NCBI GenBank assembly: GCA_037445065.1
Contig: JBBILD010000003.1
Location: 32,001 to 96,000, forward strand
DNA from: Myxococcales bacterium
GTDB lineage: Bacteria; Desulfobacterota; Binatia; HRBIN30
DNA length: 64,000 nucleotides
Reading direction: 5' to 3'
Position numbers and translations under genes: made by a program. This document shows positions 38,086 through 49,860 of the stretch, in pieces. Position 1 is the first letter of the stretch. Each line of letters starts with the position of its first letter. The notes under the pieces were generated by a model. The model was not told where the DNA came from. It saw only the letters and a program-made list of their open reading frames with translations, and did not search any database.

Positions 38086-39291
38086 ATGAAAGCGGACTTC
38101 CCGCGGATCAAGAGTTTACCGCCTTACGTATTCAACATTATCGGCGAGTTGAAGCAGCAGGCGCGGCGCGCTGGGGAGGACATTGTGGATTTTGGGATGG
38201 GGAACCCCGATGGGCCGACCCCTCCGCACATTGTTGCCAAGCTCATCGAAGCGGCCTCGAAGCCCATCAACCACCGCTACAGCGCATCCCGCGGGATTTT
38301 CAAACTCCGGCTGGCAATTGCCGATTGGTACCGCCGCCGCTTCGGCGTCGAGGTGGATCCGGAAACGGAGGCGATCGTTACCATTGGCTCCAAAGAGGGC
38401 CTGGGACACCTAGCCATGGCGGTGCTGGGGCCGGGAGACGTCGTGTTGTGCCCAGATCCAACGTACCCGATTCATCAGTATTCGGTGATTCTGGCTGGCG
38501 GGGAATTGTGTCGGGTGCCCCTGCGTGCGGGCACGGACTTCTTTGAGTCTCTGGTCCGCGCTGCCAGCCAGTGTTGGCCGCGACCCAAGATGGTCGTGGT
38601 CAACTTCCCTCATAACCCGACCACGGCAGTCACCGATCTCGCCTTCTTTCAGAAGCTCGTGGATTTTGCCCGCGAGCACCGCCTCTTGGTTGTGCACGAC
38701 CTGGCATACGCGGACCTCTGCTTCGACGGCTACCAGGCCCCGAGCATCCTGCAGGTGCCGGGCAGTAAGGAGGTGGCGGTCGAATTCTTTACCCTTTCGA
38801 AAAGCTACAACATGCCGGGCTGGCGGGTGGGCTTTGCCGTGGGCAACGCGGCGATGATCCACGCCTTGGCTCGGGTGAAGAGTTACATGGACTACGGAAT
38901 GTTTCAGCCGATCCAGATTGCGGCCATCCACGCCTTGAACGGGCCGCAGGAGGTCGTCGAAGAAATCCGAGATCGCTACCGGCAACGGCGTGACGTGTTA
39001 GTGGACGGACTGAACCGCATCGGCTGGCCGGTTGCAAAGCCTCTAGCCACGATGTTCGTGTGGGCTCCAATTCCACCGGGATTTACCCACTTGGGTTCAC
39101 TGGAGTTCTCCAAGTTCCTGTTGCGCGAAGCCAAAGTGGCGGTATCGCCCGGCGTTGGCTTCGGGGAACACGGTGAGGGCTTTGTACGCTTTGCGCTCAT
39201 CGAAAACGAGCATCGCACGCGGCAAGCGATTCGCGGAATCCGCCGTGCCTTGGGACGGTGTGGGGCAGCTGCTCAGCAGCGCCTGGCTTGA
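38086..39291 (+). CDS. alaC: Class I aminotransferase, AlaC / LL-DAP aminotransferase-like
   Basis: [42 protein letters not shown]; directly upstream of hom. Confidence 0.85.
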   Translation: MKADFPRIKSLPPYVFNIIGELKQQARRAGEDIVDFGMGNPDGPTPPHIVAKLIEAASKPINHRYSASRGIFKLRLAIADWYRRRFGVEVDPETEAIVTIGSKEGLGHLAMAVLGPGDVVLCPDPTYPIHQYSVILAGGELCRVPLRAGTDFFESLVRAASQCWPRPKMVVVNFPHNPTTAVTDLAFFQKLVDFAREHRLLVVHDLAYADLCFDGYQAPSILQVPGSKEVAVEFFTLSKSYNMPGWRVGFAVGNAAMIHALARVKSYMDYGMFQPIQIAAIHALNGPQEVVEEIRDRYRQRRDVLVDGLNRIGWPVAKPLATMFVWAPIPPGFTHLGSLEFSKFLLREAKVAVSPGVGFGEHGEGFVRFALIENEHRTRQAIRGIRRALGRCGAAAQQRLA

Positions 39292-39351
39292 GGCGGGTAA
39301 AGTAGGTGGAGCAGGGCGCCCAATCAGACTTAGGGGAAGAGGGAGCGGGAA

Positions 39352-40671
39352 GTGCGAGAAGTGCGTTTGGGACTCGCTGGCTTTGGCACGATCGGTACAG
39401 GGGTGGTCAAGTTGCTCGAAGGCTTGGGGCCGGCGCTCGCGAGACGTTTGGGGTTTCGGCTCAAGCTGGCTCAAGTTGCCGACGTGGACCTCAATCGCGA
39501 TCGCGGGGTAGCGGTTCCGCGCGAATTGTTCACCACGGATGCGTTTGCGCTCGTTTCTGACCCGCAGATAGACGTGGTCATTGAGCTGATCGGTGGGTGC
39601 AACGTTGCTCGGCGCCTGGTGCTAGCCGCCCTGCGTGCGGGAAAAAGCGTGGTGACGGCGAACAAGGCCTTGCTTGCGGTCCACGGCCAGGAGATTTTTC
39701 GCTCGGCGGAAGAGAACAAGCTGGACGTCGGCTTCGAGGCCAGCGTTGGGGGTGGGATTCCCATCGTTCGCACTTTGCGCCAGGGGCTGAGCGGCGACCG
39801 CGTGCGCGCCGTGTACGGCATTGTCAACGGCACCTCCAATTACATCCTGACGCAAATGAGCGAACAGGAAGCCGAATTCGAACCCGTGTTACGGCGGGCG
39901 CAGGCGGAGGGCTTAGCGGAGGCAGATCCGAGTTTCGATGTCGACGGCATTGACGCTGCCCACAAGCTGACCCTGCTCATCCAGCTCGCCTTCGGCGTGT
40001 ACGTTCCCTTCGAGCAGATTCCTACCGAGGGTATCCGGCACGTCACACCGTTGGACATTCGTTTTGCACGCGAGCTGGGCTACGTCATAAAGTTGCTTGC
40101 AATCGCCAAACTTCATGGCAGAGAAGTAGAGGCAAGGGTGCATCCCACGATGGTTCCGCGCAAACACGTTCTGGCCGATGTCAAAGGCGCGTACAACGGA
40201 ATTACCGTGGATGGCGAGGCCCTGGGGCAAACCTTTTACTACGGGTTGGGGGCGGGGATGATGCCAACCGCAACTGCTGTGCTCGCCGACGTGATCGAGG
40301 TTGCGCGGAATCGGGTGTACGGCTCGAGTGGTGCTACACCACCCCTTGGTTATCCGATCGGCGAGCAGAAGCGAGCCAGGCTGCGCCCGCTCGAGCGGTG
40401 TGAATCGGAGTTTTACTTGCGCCTGCACGCCGTAGACAGGCCGGGAGTGCTGGGCCAAATCGCGAGCATTCTGGGCCGCCGACAGATCTCGATCGCAGCC
40501 GTGACCCAGCACGGGAACGGCGAAGGCGGGGTGGTGCCGGTGGTGATGCGTACTCATCGTGCACTAGAGCGGAATTTGCGGCTGGCTTTGCGCGAGATCG
40601 CGCGCTTGCGGGTGATCCGGAAGCCGGTCGGCGTGATTCGAATCGAAGAGAGCCTGGGCGGGGCGTCGTGA
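39352..40671 (+). CDS. hom: Homoserine dehydrogenase with ACT domain
   Basis: [34 protein letters not shown]. Confidence 0.96.
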   Translation: MREVRLGLAGFGTIGTGVVKLLEGLGPALARRLGFRLKLAQVADVDLNRDRGVAVPRELFTTDAFALVSDPQIDVVIELIGGCNVARRLVLAALRAGKSVVTANKALLAVHGQEIFRSAEENKLDVGFEASVGGGIPIVRTLRQGLSGDRVRAVYGIVNGTSNYILTQMSEQEAEFEPVLRRAQAEGLAEADPSFDVDGIDAAHKLTLLIQLAFGVYVPFEQIPTEGIRHVTPLDIRFARELGYVIKLLAIAKLHGREVEARVHPTMVPRKHVLADVKGAYNGITVDGEALGQTFYYGLGAGMMPTATAVLADVIEVARNRVYGSSGATPPLGYPIGEQKRARLRPLERCESEFYLRLHAVDRPGVLGQIASILGRRQISIAAVTQHGNGEGGVVPVVMRTHRALERNLRLALREIARLRVIRKPVGVIRIEESLGGAS

Positions 40672-43142
40672 TGGGCGCGCAGGCAAAGGGGGCGTGGGCG
40701 GGTGTGCTCCTGGCCGGAGTGCTGCTCGCAGCGCAGGAGAGCCGAGCGATCCCCGCCTGCACAGCCGCCGACGTGATTGCCCAGGAAACGAACTGCGGGC
40801 CGAGCGGGAACTGCATCATCTCGAGAACGTACGAGATCCCGGCCGATCCTCCGTGTACCTTCGACTTTTCAGGCCGCAACGTCACGTTGGCATCTACGGC
40901 GCGCTTCACCGTTGGACCGGGGGAGATGACCCTGTTGGCCGCCAACTTTACGATGTCGGCGGGAGCGCTCATTGATGGGCAAGGGACCGGGGCTTCGGGC
41001 CGCGGAGCCACAGGCGGGCGGATTCGGGTGAATGCAAGCGGCAACTGCGATCTTGGTGGAGCCAGCGGCAGCCGCTCGCGCATAGATGTTTCCTCGAACG
41101 CGGGCGGTGGGCTGATTGACATCCGTTGTGGGGGGAACGCATCGCTCAATGGCCGGCTCAATGCGGACAACCTACGGTCCACTGCAGATGGCGGTACCAT
41201 TGTGGTGGCAGCCGGGGGAAATCTCACTTCGACGTCCTCCCCACAAACGGAGATCACCGCGCGGGGTGGGTCCGCCGCACCGCGCGGCGGCGGTGCCATT
41301 TCGCTCGAGGCGGGAGGAGACATTTCCCTCGCGACGAACACGATCTTAGATGTAACCGGCTCGAGCGCTGGGAGTGTGGACATTAGTGCGGTGCGCAACA
41401 TCTCTATGGGCGGTGTTAGCGGAAACGGGAACGGTGCCGCCGGCAGTGGGGCCACAGTGACCATTTCTGCCGGTTGGGCGGCCACGATCAGCGGCGTCAT
41501 TGTGCTCAATGGAGGGACGGCCGATCCCACTGCGGGTGGCGAGGGGGGGGCGCTGACCATTGAAAGTTTGTTTGGCGACGTCGTCTTGGCTGGTAACGTC
41601 CGTGCCGAGGGGTCTGGGCCGGACGGGGACGGCGGCGAGATTGACATCTCAGCCAACGGCAGTGTGCGGATCAACCAAGGAGTGACTCTGTCCGCGCGCA
41701 GCAACGGCAGCGAGGGTGTGGGTGGCGGTGTGTCTATCTCTGCGACCCTCGACTTGGTTTCTCAAGCACAATCGGCGACCCTCATTGACGTCGCCGGAGG
41801 AGGGGGTGGTGGCGGCCTGGATATCGAGGCGGGTAGGAACGTCACGTTGCTGGGGAAGGTGGATGTCAGCGGTAACGCCGCCGGTGGGGTTGGAGGAGAC
41901 GTTTCGATTTTGGCCGGGGCAGGTGGCTCAGGATCAATGACCGTTGGGGCCAATGTGGACGTCAGTGGAGGTCCGTGTAACTTGGACTTCGGGTGTGGCG
42001 AGGGCGGAACGACCGACCTGAGCGCCTGCGATCTCACGGTGACCTCCGCCGCCACCGTTACCGCCAACGCTCCCGGTGCGGCCGGTGCTCACCAGTTGGA
42101 GGTGCGAAAGCAACTGCGGGTTGATGGGATCGTCACTGCCGTGAAAACCTTGTCTTCGGGGAGCGATGGATCTGTAACGATTGAACACCACGCTTCCTTT
42201 CCACCCGTGCTCGGCACCAATCGAGTTCGCCCTGTGCCGACGTTGAGTCCGAAGCCATTTTGTTCTCCAGACTTGAGCCAAGAGTGCTTGGTCCCCTGTC
42301 CGGTGTGCGGGAACAATGTCGTCGAGTTCCCGGAGACCTGTGACGGCGGCAACACCGCGAGCTGCGACGGCTGCAGCCTGCTTTGCCAAGTGGAAGAGTG
42401 CCCACCGTCTCAATTTTGCCCGGGCAACGTCAACTGCAGCGCTCAGTTGGGTTGCGCGATTTGTCCCGACGCACCCACGCCGACGCCCACGAACACCAGA
42501 ACGCCGACCAGTACGCCGACGCCTTCACCCACCGTCAGTGCGACGCCCACGGAAACGTTGACTGCGACGCCGACTGACACTCCTCCACCCACCGCCACGC
42601 GTTCGCCAAGCCTCACGCCCTCGCAAACCGATACCCCCTCGCCGACCCTGAGTGTTACACCGACGCAGACGGCATCCGCGACGCGGACACCGACACCCAG
42701 CCCCACTGCCTCCGTCACTCCCACGGTGAGTCCGACCTACACGGCTTCGCCCACTCCCTCTTTGTCGCCGACGGCCTCGGCGACGCTGACTTGGACCCCG
42801 ACACCCAGCGCAACGCCTTCGCCAACGGCTTCTCCGAGTGAGACCCGGACCGCCTCGCCGACCCCGAGCCCAACGGCCACGGTTTCTGTGACGCCGACCG
42901 CCTCAACAACATGGACCGCTGAGCCCATGCCCACCGACACTCCGCGAGGGGAAGTGTGTGCGGGGGACTGCGCCGGTGATGGCGAAGTGACCGTGGATGA
43001 GCTGTTGCGCATGGTCAACATTGCCCTCGGGAGCGCCCCGGTAGAGACTTGCTTGGCCGGGGATACGAACGGGGACGGCGAAATTACGATTGATGAGATT
43101 CTGCGCGGGGTCAATTCCGCCCTGTTTGGATGCGCCTCGTGA
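40671..43142 (+). CDS. Secreted protein: Gly-rich beta-solenoid, Myxococcus-type Cys-rich repeat, PT linker, dockerin-like tail
   Basis: Signal peptide; repeated GGxIxIx[19 protein letters not shown]...CDGCS; long P/T/S tract; [16 protein letters not shown]...[13 protein letters not shown]. Confidence 0.85.
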   Translation: MGAQAKGAWAGVLLAGVLLAAQESRAIPACTAADVIAQETNCGPSGNCIISRTYEIPADPPCTFDFSGRNVTLASTARFTVGPGEMTLLAANFTMSAGALIDGQGTGASGRGATGGRIRVNASGNCDLGGASGSRSRIDVSSNAGGGLIDIRCGGNASLNGRLNADNLRSTADGGTIVVAAGGNLTSTSSPQTEITARGGSAAPRGGGAISLEAGGDISLATNTILDVTGSSAGSVDISAVRNISMGGVSGNGNGAAGSGATVTISAGWAATISGVIVLNGGTADPTAGGEGGALTIESLFGDVVLAGNVRAEGSGPDGDGGEIDISANGSVRINQGVTLSARSNGSEGVGGGVSISATLDLVSQAQSATLIDVAGGGGGGGLDIEAGRNVTLLGKVDVSGNAAGGVGGDVSILAGAGGSGSMTVGANVDVSGGPCNLDFGCGEGGTTDLSACDLTVTSAATVTANAPGAAGAHQLEVRKQLRVDGIVTAVKTLSSGSDGSVTIEHHASFPPVLGTNRVRPVPTLSPKPFCSPDLSQECLVPCPVCGNNVVEFPETCDGGNTASCDGCSLLCQVEECPPSQFCPGNVNCSAQLGCAICPDAPTPTPTNTRTPTSTPTPSPTVSATPTETLTATPTDTPPPTATRSPSLTPSQTDTPSPTLSVTPTQTASATRTPTPSPTASVTPTVSPTYTASPTPSLSPTASATLTWTPTPSATPSPTASPSETRTASPTPSPTATVSVTPTASTTWTAEPMPTDTPRGEVCAGDCAGDGEVTVDELLRMVNIALGSAPVETCLAGDTNGDGEITIDEILRGVNSALFGCAS

Positions 43143-43215
43143 GTTTCGACCGAGAACACTGTAGAAGGGCAGGGCCAGTTCGGTTATGGGGAGCTGGTGC
43201 GAGGGAGCGAGGAGC

Positions 43216-44169
43216 ATGGACCGGAACCTGGCACTGGAAGCGGTTCGCGTGACCGAAGCCGCCGCCCTTGCCGCCGCGCGGCTGATGGGGCGGGGCGACG
43301 TTGCGGGGGTGGATCGCGCCGCCGCGGAGGCGATGCGTAAGGCGATTCGCTCGATCGCCATCCGCGGGCGTGTTGCCCTGGGCGAAGGCGAGCCGGGGGT
43401 GGCCGACGTGTTGTACGTCGGTGAAATGGTGGGAAGTGGCGAGGGGCCCGAGATCGACGTGGCGCTCGATGCCCTGGAAGGTGCCTCGATTTGTGCCACC
43501 GGTGGATACAACGCCTTGTCGCTGATTGCTTTCGCGGAGCGCGACGGGTTCTTGCGTTGCCCAGAGACGTACATGGAAAAAATCGTGGTAGGACCCGAGG
43601 GGCGGGAGGTGATCGACCTCGACCGCTCGCCGACCGAGAACCTGAAAGCTCTGGCGGAGGCGAAGGGCGTGTATGTGGCCGACCTAACGGTGGCCATCCT
43701 CGATCGGCCGCGCCATGCCCAGCTCATCGCCGAGGTGCGCAAGGCAGGGGCCCGCATCAAGCTCCTGCCAGACGGAGACGTCGCTGCGGGCATCGCGACC
43801 GTACGGCCGGAAACGGGCATTGATATGCTGCTCGGCATCGGAGGTGCCGCCCAGGGAATCCTCACCGCTGCTGCCATCCGCTGCGCCGGCGGCGGAATGC
43901 AGGCCCGCTTGCGGCCGCGCAATGACGACGAGGCGCGCCGCTGCCGAGCTGCCGGCATCGAAGACCTGAATCGCAAGCTGACTGCCGAAGACATGGCAAG
44001 CGGTAGCGTCATGTTCGCTGCCACTGGGGTCACCAATGGCGATCTGCTGCGCGGAGTGCGCTTTTTCCGCGGTGGGGCGACGACCAACTCTCTGGTCATG
44101 CGCTCGCGCACGCATACCGTTCGCTTCATCGAAGCTACTCATCGCTTCGATTTCAAACCGGAGTACTGA
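43216..44169 (+). CDS. glpX: Class II fructose-1,6-bisphosphatase GlpX homolog with divergent active site
   Basis: RVTEAAA, GEGE, YMEK, DRPRH, DGDV, FAATGVTNGDLLRGV; AGGAG RBS. Confidence 0.85.
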   Translation: MDRNLALEAVRVTEAAALAAARLMGRGDVAGVDRAAAEAMRKAIRSIAIRGRVALGEGEPGVADVLYVGEMVGSGEGPEIDVALDALEGASICATGGYNALSLIAFAERDGFLRCPETYMEKIVVGPEGREVIDLDRSPTENLKALAEAKGVYVADLTVAILDRPRHAQLIAEVRKAGARIKLLPDGDVAAGIATVRPETGIDMLLGIGGAAQGILTAAAIRCAGGGMQARLRPRNDDEARRCRAAGIEDLNRKLTAEDMASGSVMFAATGVTNGDLLRGVRFFRGGATTNSLVMRSRTHTVRFIEATHRFDFKPEY

Positions 44170-44176
44170 GGGCGCT

Positions 44177-44950
44177 GTGGCAAACGAGGCAGTTCGTCTC
44201 GACCTCGAGGATCGCGTGGCGTGGCTCACGATCGCACGCCCAGCGGCGCTCAATGCCCTCAATACCACCGTGCTCACAGGGCTGGCGGAGGCGATCGAAC
44301 GGGTGGCGAGCAGCGAGGCTCGCTGCCTGGTGATTCGCGGACAGGGAGAGAAGGCCTTTGTCGCGGGTGCCGACATTGCCGAGCTGGCCGAACTCGACCC
44401 TCCGGCAGCGCAGCGCTTCGCGCAGTTGGGCCAGCAAGTGTTTCAAAGGATCGAGGCCTTATCGTGCCCGGTGCTCGCTGCTGTCAATGGCTACGCGCTC
44501 GGCGGCGGACTCGAACTCGCGCTGGCGTGCGACCTCATTGTGGCCGCGGACCATGCTCAATTCGCACAGCCTGAGATCACGCTCGGGATTGTGCCCGGGT
44601 TCGGTGGCACACAGCGGCTGATTCGCCGGGTAGGGCCGGGGGCGGCCCGCTGGCTCATCTTTACCGGCAAGCGCATTTCGGCTGCAGAGGCGCTACGCTT
44701 GCGCCTCGTAGATCAGGTGGTGCCAGCCCCAGAACTGGCGGGCACAGTGCGGGCATTGGCTAGCGAGCTGGCGGCGAAGCCGCGGCTTGCTCTGCAGCAG
44801 GCCAAGCGGTTGTTGCGACTGGCGGCGGAAACTCCGCTCGCTCACGGCCTCCAGGCCGAGGCTGCTGCCTTCGCCGTGTGTTTTGCACACCCAGACCGGG
44901 TGGAAGGCATGCGCGCGTTCCTGGAGAAGCGGGCGCCTCGGTTCGTGTGA
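44177..44950 (+). CDS. Enoyl-CoA hydratase/isomerase (crotonase)
   Basis: AFVAGADI, GGGLELALACD, QPEITLGIVPGFGGTQRL. Confidence 0.93.
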   Translation: MANEAVRLDLEDRVAWLTIARPAALNALNTTVLTGLAEAIERVASSEARCLVIRGQGEKAFVAGADIAELAELDPPAAQRFAQLGQQVFQRIEALSCPVLAAVNGYALGGGLELALACDLIVAADHAQFAQPEITLGIVPGFGGTQRLIRRVGPGAARWLIFTGKRISAAEALRLRLVDQVVPAPELAGTVRALASELAAKPRLALQQAKRLLRLAAETPLAHGLQAEAAAFAVCFAHPDRVEGMRAFLEKRAPRFV

Positions 44951-44966
44951 CAGCGGAGAAGCCGCA

Positions 44967-45191
44967 ATGGAGTGGCGCGAATGTTTCCGGACGCCCAGCG
45001 AAGCGGAGGCCCATCTCGTGCGGGGCTTCCTGGAATCGCGTGGCGTTCCGTGCGTACTGATGAGCAGCCGGTTCAGTGCCCAACCGCTCACCTTCGGGGC
45101 ACTGGGCGAGATCAAAGTCCTGGTGCCGGAAGAGTGGCACGCGAGTGCCCTCGCGATGATCCGGCGCCGCCTGGCAGGAGAAAACGGATGA
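44967..45191 (+). CDS. DUF2007-like small protein
   Basis: [16 protein letters not shown]...IKVLVPE; coupled to the next gene. Confidence 0.75.
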   Translation: MEWRECFRTPSEAEAHLVRGFLESRGVPCVLMSSRFSAQPLTFGALGEIKVLVPEEWHASALAMIRRRLAGENG

Positions 45192-46852
45192 GCAAGCACG
45201 GTGAGTTCGAGCGGTCGGCTTCCAAGAGCGAATGGCTGGAAAAACGCTATCCCCGCGACAAGGATCGTTTGCCGGCCTTCACCACCCTCTCCGACGCGCC
45301 CGTGGAGCCCCTGTACACCCCGGACGATCTGCCACGTTTCTCCTACGAAGAGCGTTTGGGCTACCCGGGCGAGTACCCGTTCACGCGCGGAGTGTACCCG
45401 AGCATGTACCGGGGCAAGTTGTGGACCATGCGCCAGTTTGCCGGTTACGGCACGGCCGAGGACACCAACGAGCGCTTTCGCTTCTTGCTGTCGCAAGGGC
45501 AAACTGGGTTGTCCACGGCTTTCGACATGCCCACGCTGATGGGTTACGACGCCGATCATCCACGGGCCCGCGGCGAGGTGGGACGCGAGGGTGTGGCAGT
45601 GTCGAGCCTGGCCGACATGGAGGCCCTGTTTGCCGGTATTCCGCTCGATCAGGTGACCACCTCGATGACCGTCAACTGCACCGCCAGTATCCTGCTCGCC
45701 ATGTACTTTGCGGTGGCACAGGGCCGCGGTATCCCGCTGCACAAACTCGGCGGCACCATCCAAAACGACATGCTCAAGGAGTTCATCGCCCAGAAGGAGT
45801 GGATCTGCCCGCCGCGTCCCTCGGTGCGCATCATCGTGGACATGATCGAGTTTTGCACCCGGGAAGCGCCGCGCTGGCACGCGGTTTCGATTTCCGGGTA
45901 CCACATTCGCGAGGCCGGCTCGACCGCGGCCCAGGAACTCGCGTTCACTCTTGCGGACGGCATCGGCTACGTGCAGGCGGCTGTGGAACGCGGGCTCGAG
46001 GTTGACGCATTCGCTCCGCGTTTGTCGTTTTTCTTCAACGTTCACAACGACTTTTTCGAAGAGATCGCCAAGTTCCGTGCCGCTCGGCGGATGTGGGCCA
46101 AGATTATGCGCGAGCGCTTCGGAGCGAAAAACCCGCGCTCGTGGCTGCTCCGCACCCACGCACAAACGGCGGGCTGCAGTCTCACCGCCCAGCAGCCGTG
46201 GAACAACGTCGTGCGGGTGGCACTGCAGGCTCTGGCAGCAGTGCTCGGTGGCACGCAGTCCTTACACACAAACTCGATGGACGAAACACTGGCCTTGCCG
46301 AGCGAGCAGGCGGTGCTGATCGCTCTTCGTACCCAGCAAATCATCGCCGAGGAAACGGGCGTCGCGAACTTTGTGGATCCGTTGGGTGGAAGCTATGCGG
46401 TGGAGGCACTCACCGATCGGATCGAGGCGGAAGCTTGGGAGTACATCCGCCGCATAGATGAGCTGGGGGGCATCGTGCGCGCCATCGAGATCGGCTTCCC
46501 GCAAAGAGAAATTGCCGAGGCCGCCTACCGCTATCAGCAGCAACTCGAACGCGGCGAAAAGGTGATCGTAGGGGTCAACAAGTACCAAATGCGCGAGGAG
46601 CCCCCGATCGAAGTTCTACGCATTCCGCCCGAGGTGGAACGCAAGCAGGTCGAGCGTGTGCGCCAGCGCAAGGCGGCGCGGAACGCGCGTGCCGTACGGG
46701 GGGCACTCGACTCGATCCGGCGCGCGGCACGCGAAGGGTCGAACTTGATGCCGCCGATCATCGAGGCGGTGAAGCAAGAGGTCACTGTCGGCGAGATTTC
46801 GGATGTCTTCCGCGAAGTCTTCGGCGTGTACCAGGACCCCGCTTACCTCTGA
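45188..46852 (+). CDS. B12-dependent acyl-CoA mutase large subunit (isobutyryl-CoA mutase-like)
   Basis: [47 protein letters not shown]. Confidence 0.92.
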   Translation: MSKHGEFERSASKSEWLEKRYPRDKDRLPAFTTLSDAPVEPLYTPDDLPRFSYEERLGYPGEYPFTRGVYPSMYRGKLWTMRQFAGYGTAEDTNERFRFLLSQGQTGLSTAFDMPTLMGYDADHPRARGEVGREGVAVSSLADMEALFAGIPLDQVTTSMTVNCTASILLAMYFAVAQGRGIPLHKLGGTIQNDMLKEFIAQKEWICPPRPSVRIIVDMIEFCTREAPRWHAVSISGYHIREAGSTAAQELAFTLADGIGYVQAAVERGLEVDAFAPRLSFFFNVHNDFFEEIAKFRAARRMWAKIMRERFGAKNPRSWLLRTHAQTAGCSLTAQQPWNNVVRVALQALAAVLGGTQSLHTNSMDETLALPSEQAVLIALRTQQIIAEETGVANFVDPLGGSYAVEALTDRIEAEAWEYIRRIDELGGIVRAIEIGFPQREIAEAAYRYQQQLERGEKVIVGVNKYQMREEPPIEVLRIPPEVERKQVERVRQRKAARNARAVRGALDSIRRAAREGSNLMPPIIEAVKQEVTVGEISDVFREVFGVYQDPAYL

Positions 46853-47399
46853 GCCCGCATTGCGCGCAAAGCAGAGCGCAGGGATTCGGAGCCCCTACGC
46901 CGGGCACCGATTCATCGCTTGCGGTCCACCCCATCCCAAAAGGGCACGCTCTGTGCCGGCCTGAATCCTGCCGGATTCAGGGATCGCCTCGTCTTGCATC
47001 GGCCAACTATCAGCATTGGCGGTGGCTTCGGTAGCCGCTAGGGTGCCTGAACGACCGAACCGCGCTGCAAACAGCGCTCGCCCCGCGTGGTTGACCGCTC
47101 GCAGGTAGAGCGGCCGTTCCGTGGGAACATCCCCAGCCAACCGTGCGCGTTTTGTGTTTCGTCGCACCGACCTGACGCTTGTCCCCCGAGGCGGGTGAGC
47201 CAAGCAACGCTGCCGGATCGCCCTACGAGGCCAGCGTTTACGGCGGTGTAGAGTTTGGGAAGCCACACGGAAGAGGGGAAGAAGTGGGTGCACCGTCCGC
47301 AGTGCGCCGTGCGGCGGCCAGCGGGGAGCTGGGACCACCAGGCGTGGTTTTGGGTCTCGTCTCGGTTACCATCGAGGGTTGGGCGTAGGCCGCTGAGGA

Positions 47400-48170
47400 C
47401 GGCGTTGCGGGAGAGTTCTCGCTGCACTGCAGCCACGTGCCGTCCAGGGAAGTCGTGGCTTCCCGGGATGGGAGGAGCATGGTGATCCCAGTTGCGCTGG
47501 TGCGGGAGCCAAAGCGTGGAGCGGGTTCCCGGGCCCAGGTTTCTGGGTTGGCCCTTCGCCAACGGGAGGTACGCGTATGCGGAGATCGAGCTGGGCCACG
47601 TGGTGCGGGTGGATTTGCGGCGCCCGGACTAGGAATGTCGGGGCGAGGCGTGTGTCGCGACACCCTCCGGGGCAAGGTTGGCTACAGCGGCCGAGGACGA
47701 CAGTTGGGTTCTGAGCACCGTGGACGATGGCGGTAGCGGTATGGGCTGGCTTATCGAGCCCGCAGCTCCGATGCAGTTCGGAGGCTGCGGATTTCCAGGA
47801 GTGGTGAGCCGGGAAGTCGCGGGGGTCTCGCCTCGTAGTTGCTAGCCCAAGGCGCGACCCCCTTCCTCGCCGCACGAATTCTTGGTCGCCAGCGTGGAGG
47901 GGCAGCGCTCGGGCGGGGAGAGCCGGTGGCCTACGCTGCTGGGTTCCTTCGGGCCCATCCCGCGCTTGGTGCCGTCCGCTGTCGGTAGCCGCGGCGTGGA
48001 ACTCCAAGAGTTCGTCTACCTTGGTCCTGCGGAGCTATCTCCGACGGTTCCGGCGGCCAACGGCTGCAACGCGGAGGAAAGCGCGCCTGGCGGCACGTGG
48101 GAGTGGATCGTACTTTTCGTCTTGGTGGCGGCGCGGTGGGGTTGCCCGTGGCACCGGGCTGCGTCTGCCC
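47400..48170 (+). pseudogene. Possible eroded secreted protein ending in a GC-TM-basic tail
   Basis: Fragments GRYAYAEIELGHVVRVDL* and PTVPAANGCNAEESAPGGTWEWIVLFVLVAARW; stops between; boundaries approximate. Confidence 0.3.
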
Positions 48171-48418
48171 TGCGCGCCGTCTCACTTGCCGCCAACTCGG
48201 CCTCGGCGCGGGTGATCGCCAATGACGCCACGCTGCGCATCGACTTCGGTCCCCTGCAACCCGCACCCCAGTCCAACCCCCGGGCGCAGGCTCGTGAGAA
48301 AGCGTTCTCGAACGCGCCATCGCTTCGGGTGTTGACAATTGCGTTGGGAGGTAGAGACCTCTCTTGCTGCAACGGGGTGCCGGCGGCCGGGTGCGCGGCA
48401 GCACGCACGAGGCTTGCG

Positions 48419-49860
48419 ATGACGAGAGCTCGGCAAGATGGAAACGGGCCGCGGCAGGGGCGGTGGGGAGAGAGCGGGGGCGCTGCAGGGCCAAGAAGGG
48501 GGCGCTTTGCCCTGCAGTGCTGTGCGCAAGCGCCGTGCTGGTTGGGACTCCGGCTCGGGCGGGGATGCGGTCGGTCTGGGTTTGCGGGATTCCGCGCAAG
48601 TGGTGGTTCTCGATGGCGACACGAATTCGGTCGTCAGCACAATTTCCCCCCTCACTGCCACGCGCCCTGGCCGCAACCCCGGATGGCCGCCACGTGATGG
48701 TTTTTCTGGGCGACGCTTCCCCCGGGTTGATCCGAACCGAGGCCGACGTACTGGCGGGCACCGTGCTCCTGTCTGGTGGGTCGTGCACCTCCGGCATCAG
48801 TCCGGACTCCGAGTGGGTTTACTTGGCGACGGTAGCCGGTCTCTGCGCGGGGGGCCGGTGTGGTGTGGTGGAGGCCGTGGGCGTAAATAGTCTGCGCGTT
48901 ACCGCCACCGTACCCATTCGGCAGCCGAGCAGCCCTTGCGACCTCGCCGTAACCCCCGATGGTAGCCGCGTCCTGGTCATGCATAAGGACGGGGTTTCCG
49001 TTTCTCCCTCGACACAGCGACCTTAGAGTTCGGTACCCCTTTGGTCCTGCCGTGCTGCCCGATCTGTTTTATCCGCGCCAACGCCGATGGCGCCCGCTTC
49101 CAGATCGGGTACGGGGACGTGTGGGTCTCCGGTTTCCACGGTCGCGATGTAAACACGCTGGTGTGCCGAGATGTGATCCGTTCGAAGGCGGAGCTGGCTA
49201 CTTGTCCATCTCCCCGGACGGAACGCGGGTGTACCTTCCGGTTCTGCTTCCGCGGACATGCCAAGTACGGTTGCTGGCCTTCGACATAGCGCGAGGGTCC
49301 ATCGCTGGCGTTCTGGGTCTGCCCATGGAAACGCCGGGTGTGAGCGCCGCTAGCATTCTCGCCTTGAGCCCCGAGGGAGCCCGCGCGTATGTGCAGTCCG
49401 TGGGGCCGTCTAACCTGCTGGTCATCAACACCGTTTCCAACCGTATCGCGGCCAGCTTGCTTCTCTTGGTGGGCCGCTTCGTCTTGAGCAGCGACTCGAG
49501 GCGTGCCCACGCGGCCGGCCCCGATTCCCTTCTTCGCCATCGATACGGCGTCGAACGAGGTCGCGACTGCACTCCCGCTCTCGGTTGGGGGCATGGCGCT
49601 GGTTGACTCCACGGCTCCGCCAAGTGCGAGTCCAACGCAGACGTCGACGCGGACGGTTACCCCCTACGATCGCCGTGACGGGCACCTCGACCCCGCCGCC
49701 GCCCGCAACGCACACACTGGCTGTCGGGCGGGGATGTTCGGGCGGCTACTCGGTGCTGCCCGATCCCCCCAACGCGCTCGCGCCGTTTCTCTACTACGGC
49801 TTTGTAGTGATCGTAGCCGGGCGTTGCCGGCCCTGGGTAAGGAGGCAGGCGCAGGTCGAG
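48419..49860 (+). pseudogene. Frameshifted YVTN/YncE-type beta-propeller surface protein with PT linker and C-terminal TM tail
   Basis: Repeats VVVLDGDTNSVV, LAATPDGRHV, LAVTPDGSRV, LSISPDGTRVY, LSPEGARAYV and AIDTASNEVA spread over several + frames. Confidence 0.75.

Noticed and set aside
47240..47320. Cobalamin riboswitch near the mutase (GGGAAGCCAC...GGGGAAG)
   Set aside because: No B12-box or CCCGCAACTGT core, and it lies downstream of the large subunit gene
48332..48360. Perfect TTGACA upstream of the beta-propeller relic
   Set aside because: No acceptable -10 element at 16-18 bp spacing
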